From Candidatus Terraquivivens tengchongensis (GTDB lineage: Archaea > Thermoproteota > Nitrososphaeria_A > Caldarchaeales > Wolframiiraptoraceae): 64,000 nucleotides of DNA. Location of the stretch: positions 1 to 64,000 of the forward strand of contig JALNJZ010000005.1 of the NCBI GenBank assembly GCA_023261845.1, read 5' to 3'. Below, piece after piece: positions 57,868-64,000 of this stretch (position 1 is its first letter; each line of letters opens with the position of its first letter). A program made the translations under genes and the position numbers. The notes below the pieces were generated by a model. The model saw nothing but the letters and a program-made list of their open reading frames with translations. It had not been told where the DNA came from and made no database searches.

Positions 57868-59070
57868 TTAAGCTTCTGAGGATGCTAGTTCAGAAAACAC
57901 CTGCTCGACGGCTTCACGCGGGGCATCTGTTTTAAAGCCCTGCCCGTCAAAGTGTGTTAACGATGCGTTGAAACCAAGAAGGCGGAGCCTATCCACGATG
58001 CTAGCAGGTTTTGGTGCCCTTGACCTGAGCCTTTTGCCGATTTCATCAACCCTGTAATAGAAAGGTACTGTCTGGAGTTCTTCTGAAATCTTTTTTAGCA
58101 AAGTGTAAGCCTCCTTCATGTCGGCCTCGTACGCAATTCCTAACGCCTTTAGGGCAAAGTCCTTTGAGGTTAGCTCTCCGAGCCATAAGGGGCCGAAAAC
58201 CTGCGGTGTGGACTTGCAGAGCTCGCATAGCTTAAAGGGCTCGGTATAGCTCGACCATTGGACGTTGCCGCACGACCTGCACTCTGATATCCATCCAACG
58301 TTTTTGAATGATTCCTTAGCCAGCGTCTTGCTGTATGTTAGTTTCACGAATGTCCTGATGTAGTGCCTCCTGTAGAACGTCAGAACTGGAGAGATGGCCA
58401 TCCCAACCCTCGCTGCAGTCCGTGCCACGAAGCCCACCAAGATCCTTACGGCAGTTTCCTTTGAGTATGGCGACGTGTAGGGCACGGCATCATACTTCCT
58501 AATGCACGAGAGAGGGTTCGTTCCGCAAAGAGGCGCTAAATCCGTCGCCGTAACACCGAGCAAACCACCGCTCTGGCACGAACGTATCGCATTCTCAAGG
58601 AAGGGTGCAGGCGAGCCTGCAGGATCTACGTCCACGTAGTCAAACCTGAGGCCACCGGAGGAGTGCGCCGCAAGCAGCGCATTCGCATCGATGTTATAAA
58701 CTTCGGTTATGTTGACCAAGCCGGCCGTTTCTACATTCTTTCTTATCAGAGAATAAGCAAACTTGTTTATGTCGTTCAAAACCAGCTTTGATACGATTCC
58801 TGTCTCGACCGCGATCCTTATGCCTCTGACGCCGCAACCAGCTAAGGGTTCGCAGACCTTTATGCCCTTTCTCTCAAAATACGCCTTGACTGCCAGAACC
58901 GCCATGTCGCGTGATAGCTTAGAGTATGGGTTAAAGAAGACGGGTATGCCGCTCGGTGAAACGGCTTTCTCCCAACCTTCCGGAAGGGCTGGAGCTAGGA
59001 ACCTAACCTTCCCTTCCTCGTAAATCATTGTCGGAAATTCCAAGGTTTTCTCGTCCAACTTATGCGCCAC
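57868..59070 (-). CDS. trm1: tRNA (guanine-26 N2) dimethyltransferase
   Basis: VFFNP...SRD, GVRGIR, DVDP.GSP, TATD, GPLWLG, THF. Confidence 0.93.
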   Translation of the reverse strand: MAHKLDEKTLEFPTMIYEEGKVRFLAPALPEGWEKAVSPSGIPVFFNPYSKLSRDMAVLAVKAYFERKGIKVCEPLAGCGVRGIRIAVETGIVSKLVLNDINKFAYSLIRKNVETAGLVNITEVYNIDANALLAAHSSGGLRFDYVDVDPAGSPAPFLENAIRSCQSGGLLGVTATDLAPLCGTNPLSCIRKYDAVPYTSPYSKETAVRILVGFVARTAARVGMAISPVLTFYRRHYIRTFVKLTYSKTLAKESFKNVGWISECRSCGNVQWSSYTEPFKLCELCKSTPQVFGPLWLGELTSKDFALKALGIAYEADMKEAYTLLKKISEELQTVPFYYRVDEIGKRLRSRAPKPASIVDRLRLLGFNASLTHFDGQGFKTDAPREAVEQVFSELASSEA

Positions 59071-59611
59071 CTTTTAGCACGTCCTTAATCCTTTCTGCCA
59101 GCTCCATGGGCAACCTATCCCGGTTCTCGAAGGTTACCACTATACTCTTACCACCCACGAGCTTCCTTATCTCATCGAGCAGTTCGTCGCTCGCCCTGTA
59201 GTGTATCGTAAGCACGGCTGGTTTATCCGTCGCTAAAAGCTTCCTCACAGCTTCCTTAAACCTATGGCTTTTCAGCTCCATCGGTCCGACCTCGTCCACA
59301 ACAACGACGTCGAACTGGTTGGCCGATTCTATAGCCCTGACACCGACATCTTCTAAGTCCCTCAAGTTTACCAAATATCTACCGACCCTCGGTCCTGAGC
59401 CGTAACCCACCTGAGCCAGCGTACCAGTCTTGCCCGTGGCTATGTCCACTATCTCGAACCCAACTCTGCTCCCAGAAGACCTAACCTCCCTCGTGTACAT
59501 CCCTCCTACGCTGAACCCCATACGTTTCAGAATCTCGACGAGCCTTAGCACCACAGTTGTCTTTCCACTTCCCGGAGCTCCAGTAAGCACGAAAAGCTTT
59601 TCGACGTTCAT
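59060..59611 (-). CDS. Nucleoside-triphosphatase THEP1 family
   Basis: GAPGSGKTT, GGMYT.EVR, RVGF, DEVGPMEL, ENR. Confidence 0.92.
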   Translation of the reverse strand: MNVEKLFVLTGAPGSGKTTVVLRLVEILKRMGFSVGGMYTREVRSSGSRVGFEIVDIATGKTGTLAQVGYGSGPRVGRYLVNLRDLEDVGVRAIESANQFDVVVVDEVGPMELKSHRFKEAVRKLLATDKPAVLTIHYRASDELLDEIRKLVGGKSIVVTFENRDRLPMELAERIKDVLKGGA

Positions 59612-59614
59612 GAC

Positions 59615-60271
59615 CTATTCCTTCCCAAAACCATATAGCTTCGCCTGAAGGAGCTTATCAACGGTTTTCCACCCCCTCCTTACGCAGGAAGGGACTTCGC
59701 CCTTATCCCTTAAGCACCTAACCAGAAACTCGATGGTTCTCTTGTCCGATGAATACCCAGAACCTAAATCCCCATAGACCTCGGAGAGCTTGGTCAGCAT
59801 GCCGTCCCTCCTTACCTTCGCAAGTATCGAGGCAGCCGCCACAACCTCGTAGCGGGAGTCTGCCTTGTGCTCGCATACGATACGGGGAGAGTAATCGAGC
59901 ATCGCCAATATCCTTTCCGCATACCTAGCAGGCTTTACATCCGGAGAGTCTATGTACGCCACGTCCGGCCTAAGGTTTCTGATGATTTCTGCAGTCGCAT
60001 TTGCCTCCAGCGCGTTTATACTAGGTCCAGACCTCCTCCTTAGGTATCTGTCCACCTCGGATGCGTCCAAGACAACCTCGTAAACATTAACGTTCAAGCT
60101 CAAGATTTTTTGGTAAAGCTTCTCCCTAGCTTTCCTACTCAAGCTCTTTGAATCCCTAACACCGATATCCTTCAGTAGGGAAACGTCTTTCTCAGGAATC
60201 GAAATGCCTAATACAACCAAAGGCCCGATTACCGAGCCCCTACCAGCCTCGTCTATACCGCAGACGATCAT
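59615..60271 (-). CDS. rnhB: Ribonuclease HII
   Basis: GIDEAGRG, DSK, HKAD, AASILAK, GSGY; C-terminal PIP-like QAKLYGF. Confidence 0.95.
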   Translation of the reverse strand: MIVCGIDEAGRGSVIGPLVVLGISIPEKDVSLLKDIGVRDSKSLSRKAREKLYQKILSLNVNVYEVVLDASEVDRYLRRRSGPSINALEANATAEIIRNLRPDVAYIDSPDVKPARYAERILAMLDYSPRIVCEHKADSRYEVVAAASILAKVRRDGMLTKLSEVYGDLGSGYSSDKRTIEFLVRCLRDKGEVPSCVRRGWKTVDKLLQAKLYGFGKE

Positions 60272-60978
60272 TTTTTATTTTGCCTTCTTGGCGAATATCT
60301 TGCCAAGACCATGATATGGTCCTGCTCATACTTTCCCAAGTCAACTTTCTCAAGCACGACGAAGCCGCTACCTTCTAGTACCGCGATCTCCTGCCTGTAG
60401 ACTTTGCTGGGCTCTTCGGTGCTATCTATGCTCCTCGCCTTTATCGCTATCATGGCCAGACCGTCATCCTTTAGCATGAGCCTAGCATTCTCAGCAAGTA
60501 TCTTAGCCTGTTCTGGTTGGGCGATATCACAGTAGATGAAATCTACCTGACCTACGATAGGTTTGTAGGTTATGGGGAACCTGGCATCCGCGTATATTGC
60601 GACGACGTTCTTCCTTCTATCGGCGACGTTACGTTTAAACTGGGCCAAAACCATCGGCGCGAAGTCGACGCCGTAAAGCATACCCTTCTCGCCGATTATG
60701 TCAGAGACGTGACTTGCCGTCGTCCCTGATGCGACGCCTAGGTACAGCACCCTACATCCTGGTGTTATACCTATCTCCTTGATGCCGGAAAGTATCGCGG
60801 CCGCAAGCTTGCTCCTGTAAGGAATCCACTCTCGATACTCTTCATCGCCTACCCTGAATAACCTTTCACCGTAGACCCTGAAGCCCTTATCCAAGCTTCT
60901 GGTCACGAGTATCTTCTCGTCGCCCGAGTAAAACCAATACACGCCCTCAAACTTATCATGCTTCTCAACACTTAGCAA
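60268..60978 (-). CDS. flpA: Fibrillarin-like 2'-O-methyltransferase
   Basis: VYGE, YREW.P.RSKL, VLYLG.ASGTT.SH, DIAQP.Q, KARSID; TTG 60978 after GGGTGA preferred as start. Confidence 0.95.
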   Translation of the reverse strand: MLSVEKHDKFEGVYWFYSGDEKILVTRSLDKGFRVYGERLFRVGDEEYREWIPYRSKLAAAILSGIKEIGITPGCRVLYLGVASGTTASHVSDIIGEKGMLYGVDFAPMVLAQFKRNVADRRKNVVAIYADARFPITYKPIVGQVDFIYCDIAQPEQAKILAENARLMLKDDGLAMIAIKARSIDSTEEPSKVYRQEIAVLEGSGFVVLEKVDLGKYEQDHIMVLARYSPRRQNKK

Positions 60979-60998
60979 TCCAATCACCCAAAAGACCT

Positions 60999-62192
60999 CT
61001 AGCTCCTCCAAGGCCCTTTCGTCTTTTTTACCTTCTTCTCGCGCCTAGGAGGTTCTGCGTATTTTGTTTTTATTTCCTTTATCCTATCCTCCAAGGCCTT
61101 CCTGAGTTCAGCGCTCCTATCTTCGCGGGAGAAGTAATCTATGCGCGCGGCTATGGATATTTTAGCCGCAAGCACTCTGGCTATTTTGCCCCTCTGCCAT
61201 TTAGGCGACGTATGCACGTATGGATGTTGGAATATCAACCCGTGCTTAGGCGCGCCTCTACCAGTCTTAAGGAAGCGGAAGAGTGCTTTTTCAGCACCAA
61301 GTACCTGTATCGTGCTCGCAGGCATCTTGGCAAGCTTCTCCAAACCTCCTGCCAGCGCCAACAATTTGGAGCCGAGTATTGGCCCTGCTATAGCGGTCAA
61401 ATTAGGCGCCTCGAGGCTCATGAGCGACCTGATATAATTCTCTAAATCCTTTCTAAGCTGTATTAACCTTAGACCCTCCTCGGCGAATCTTTTTATGTAC
61501 TCCTCGTCTTGCTCTAGAAGGTTTGCGCCCACGGATTTTTCCTTAGCCATGAGTATTTCTTTCAGCCTTTTACGACCTGGGATCGTCTTTGAGAGATTCT
61601 CTTCGTTCATCTTATCCCTTAAGCCTATTTTCGTTATGATTTTCAGATAATCTTCTGGATCGTCAATCAGATCGTTTAGCTCAGGGAAGTGAATTCCGTA
61701 CCACTCTCTGCAGCCCATATAAACGGTGTTTATCTGCTTCTCGACGTTCTCGTGGGCATGGACCGCTGGTATGATGAGTACATCCCTTCTACTTATTGCG
61801 ACCTTGAGGCTGAGTGCTAAAGCAGCATCACAAACCATCTTTACTTTCTGCCCATACTCCTCCCGGCTATTGACGAGCCCATTCTTTACGAACAAAAATT
61901 CTAAGTCTATGGGTTCTGGCTCTGCATACTGTATGCTCACCGCAATACCTTCCGCCAGCTTATTCAACTGCTCGAAGATCTTCGGGTCTTCGACGGTCAA
62001 TAGGGAGTAGCCCTTATCCGCTAGCTCTTTGAGTAGCTCCTTTACATTAGAAGGGAGAACTCCGTTCTGTATGTTTAAGTAAATTTTTGCAGCCTCGTTC
62101 AAGTCATTGTCATAACTGCGAAAGCTTACAACCTTATCGCCATCTAAGGCCAATATACCCAGCGGGCTTGCTAAGATACGAGCCGTAGCCAT
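60999..62192 (-). CDS. nop5: Box C/D RNP protein Nop5
   Basis: REWY..HFPEL, APNL, PASTIQVLGAEKALF, PKHG.IF, GKIAR. Confidence 0.95.
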   Translation of the reverse strand: MATARILASPLGILALDGDKVVSFRSYDNDLNEAAKIYLNIQNGVLPSNVKELLKELADKGYSLLTVEDPKIFEQLNKLAEGIAVSIQYAEPEPIDLEFLFVKNGLVNSREEYGQKVKMVCDAALALSLKVAISRRDVLIIPAVHAHENVEKQINTVYMGCREWYGIHFPELNDLIDDPEDYLKIITKIGLRDKMNEENLSKTIPGRKRLKEILMAKEKSVGANLLEQDEEYIKRFAEEGLRLIQLRKDLENYIRSLMSLEAPNLTAIAGPILGSKLLALAGGLEKLAKMPASTIQVLGAEKALFRFLKTGRGAPKHGLIFQHPYVHTSPKWQRGKIARVLAAKISIAARIDYFSREDRSAELRKALEDRIKEIKTKYAEPPRREKKVKKTKGPWRS

Positions 62193-62241
62193 TTTAATTC
62201 AAGATAAATCATCATCTATTAGGATATAGCTGTTGTCATAA

Positions 62242-62250
62242 GGTATAAAT
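62242..62250. promoter_or_regulatory. TATA element between divergent nop5 and rps30e, possibly bidirectional
   Basis: GGTATAAAT on plus, TTTATA on minus, roughly central in the 91-bp gap. Confidence 0.4.
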
Positions 62251-62283
62251 GGATGGGTGAAAGCATAATTTTGGGAATCTGAG

Positions 62284-62451
62284 ATGCCAAGCCACGGGTC
62301 TGTGACTAAGGCCGGGAAGGTAAGGTCCCAAACGCCGAAGCTAGAGGCTAAGCCGAGACGTAGCCCAGTTCCAAGGGTAAGGAACAGGAACAACTACAGG
62401 CTCAGGGTGCTTGAGGCTAAGCCGACGGAGGAAAAGAGCTTCCAGGAGTAG
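62284..62451 (+). CDS. rps30e: 30S ribosomal protein S30e (55 aa, not in ORF track)
   Basis: [38 protein letters not shown]... Confidence 0.95.
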   Translation: MPSHGSVTKAGKVRSQTPKLEAKPRRSPVPRVRNRNNYRLRVLEAKPTEEKSFQE

Positions 62452-63790
62452 ACAATCTTCTCTTCACCTCTTCGACGATCTGATTTATTATCAACCTAGA
62501 AGCACCTAAGCATGCATCTGGTTTCATAACCCTCTCTATCTCCTCTCTTGATAGCTTACATGCAACTTCCGGCATCTGTAGCAGGGCATCAACGAAGGAT
62601 ACGTCCGTTCTTTCCGATGCTTTCTGAACGATTCTGTAGGCACTAATCCTAGGAAAGCCCCTCTTCAACATTAGGTCAAGTATAAACTCGGAAAATATCC
62701 TTCCACCGGTCTTTTGGATGTTGGCTGTTATAGATTCCTCGTTAACCTTGAGTCCCCTTATCACTTCCGTTATCGTCCTGAGCGCTTCATCAAGTAAAAT
62801 GAGGCTCATGGGGATTATGAAGCGCTCGTTCGCTGAGTTAGTTAAATCCCTTTCATGCCACAGCGGTATGTTATCGAGGGCAACTTGAACAAAGGGTCTA
62901 AGCAAGCGCGCTATCGAGGAGACTTTTTCGGATTTTATGGGATTTCTTTTCACGGGAACTGCCGAGCTCCCAACCTGTCCCGGCCTGAAAGGTTCCTCGA
63001 CCTCGCCTATTTCCGTCCTTTGTAAGTTTCTTATCTCCGTTGCTATTTTATCTAAAGTTGATGCGAGGATTGCGGCGAAGAAGACAACCTCTGCATGAAG
63101 TTCCCTAGGAACGACTTGTGTTGCAGCGTCAATTGGTTTCAGGGCAAGCTTTTCCGCTACAAGCCTTTGGACCTCGAGTGCCCTCTCGCCCATAAGCGAG
63201 CCTGTGCCGACGACGCCTAACGTTTTACATACCAATACTCTTTCGAGCAGTTGCTTAAGCCTGTCGAAGTGTCTCAACATCTCGGATGCCCAGACAGCGA
63301 ATTTCAAACCGAATGAGATTATGCTTGCGTGCTGTCCATGGGTTCTACCGACTGCGGGCAGGTCAGCATACCGCAGTGCCATCTCAGCCAACAGCACCGT
63401 AAGCTCGCGCATCCTACCCTCGATTATTTTCATGGCATCCCTTATCTGTAGGGAGGTGGCCGTATCCAAGAGGTCGTTGCTCGTCAGCCCGTAGTGGACC
63501 CATGGCTTTGCATGTTCTTCGCATACATCAACCAAAACCTCCACGACGTTTGCGGGCTCATGGCCTATTTTTTTCTCCACCTCTTTGCACTTCTCTAGCG
63601 TTACGTAGTTGAGGTTAGCCTTTGAGGCTATTTCCTTACCCGCCTCTGCAGGTATTATTCCAATTTCTGCTTGGGCCTCCGCGACCGCCGCTTCAACTGC
63701 GAGTATGTACTTAAGCCGGCCAATCTCCTCGAATACCTCCCTCATCTCCTTGCTGCCATATCTTCCTGAATCTATAGGAAGCACGGGCAT
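62417..63790 (-). CDS. purB: Adenylosuccinate lyase
   Basis: [33 protein letters not shown]. Confidence 0.95.
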   Translation of the reverse strand: MPVLPIDSGRYGSKEMREVFEEIGRLKYILAVEAAVAEAQAEIGIIPAEAGKEIASKANLNYVTLEKCKEVEKKIGHEPANVVEVLVDVCEEHAKPWVHYGLTSNDLLDTATSLQIRDAMKIIEGRMRELTVLLAEMALRYADLPAVGRTHGQHASIISFGLKFAVWASEMLRHFDRLKQLLERVLVCKTLGVVGTGSLMGERALEVQRLVAEKLALKPIDAATQVVPRELHAEVVFFAAILASTLDKIATEIRNLQRTEIGEVEEPFRPGQVGSSAVPVKRNPIKSEKVSSIARLLRPFVQVALDNIPLWHERDLTNSANERFIIPMSLILLDEALRTITEVIRGLKVNEESITANIQKTGGRIFSEFILDLMLKRGFPRISAYRIVQKASERTDVSFVDALLQMPEVACKLSREEIERVMKPDACLGASRLIINQIVEEVKRRLSTPGSSFPPSA

Positions 63791-63851
63791 ACCTATTCCC
63801 AGCCAACATTACGAGGTTCGATGCTTTTATCCTTAAACCGAGCCTATCCGC

Positions 63852-64000
63852 TTAGGGTTTTTCGGCAATCTTTAGCTCTCTGTGAACCTTTATAAGCCTC
63901 TTCAAAACTTCGGACTTTATTTCCCTCCAATCCTTATCCGTAGGTGCGGAGAATCGAATCTGAACAATATAGTACTCCTTATCGCACTGCTCATTGATCG
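63852..64000 (-). CDS. 3' end of a CDS truncated by the window edge (possibly an MscS-like C-terminal domain)
   Basis: Open frame INEQCDKEYYIVQIRFSAPTDKDWREIKSEVLKRLIKVHRELKIAEKP ends in TAA; the family is a guess. Confidence 0.5.
   Translation of the reverse strand, partial: INEQCDKEYYIVQIRFSAPTDKDWREIKSEVLKRLIKVHRELKIAEKP

Noticed and set aside
62199-62393. 64-aa minus-strand ORF
   Set aside because: Antisense to rps30e
1-64000. CRISPR arrays, rRNA, SRP RNA, RNase P RNA, IS elements
   Set aside because: No regularly spaced repeats or long GC-rich noncoding stretch were seen; the largest intergenic gap is about 250 bp

Overview
Gene-dense core-genome window from an archaeon of the TACK group. 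The evidence is an unannotated rps30e, TFE-beta, thaumarchaeal/bathyarchaeal-type HisG and ScpA, SMC-ScpAB with FtsZ, and tungstoenzyme genes. It most resembles thermophilic Nitrososphaeria/Caldarchaeales-like lineages, but the taxonomy is inferred. Contents in order: HerA-NurA-HhH-GPD operon, leuS, an intron-containing tRNA-Arg(GCG), mntP, sufU/sufS, aIF2-beta, stomatin/NfeD, ahcY, an acyl-CoA/citrate synthase/2x AOR-SAMP/2x MoeA cluster, a his operon lacking hisD and hisE, thrS, metG, cdrS-ftsZ, a MacB-type ABC module with a COG1361 surface protein, SMC-ScpAB, and the S8e-SRP19-Gar1-TFB-TFE-beta and Nop5-fibrillarin-RNase HII-Trm1 clusters. No CRISPR, rRNA, transposase or integrase was seen. 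Most interesting: (1) a ~125-nt 5' leader of the his operon that can fold into two mutually exclusive structures, with G-U bias pointing to the mRNA strand, a candidate undescribed archaeal RNA switch; (2) four conserved genes (hisB, metG, MacB permease, scpA) whose conserved N-termini have no in-frame ATG/GTG/TTG, implying near-cognate starts (ATA, ACG, CTG) or recoding; (3) an unannotated CdrS-like RHH gene and structured upstream region in front of ftsZ; (4) a SAMP paralog with a blocked GG-KY C-terminus; (5) a tRNA intron at noncanonical position 29/30. All calls come from reading the sequence; no searches were run.
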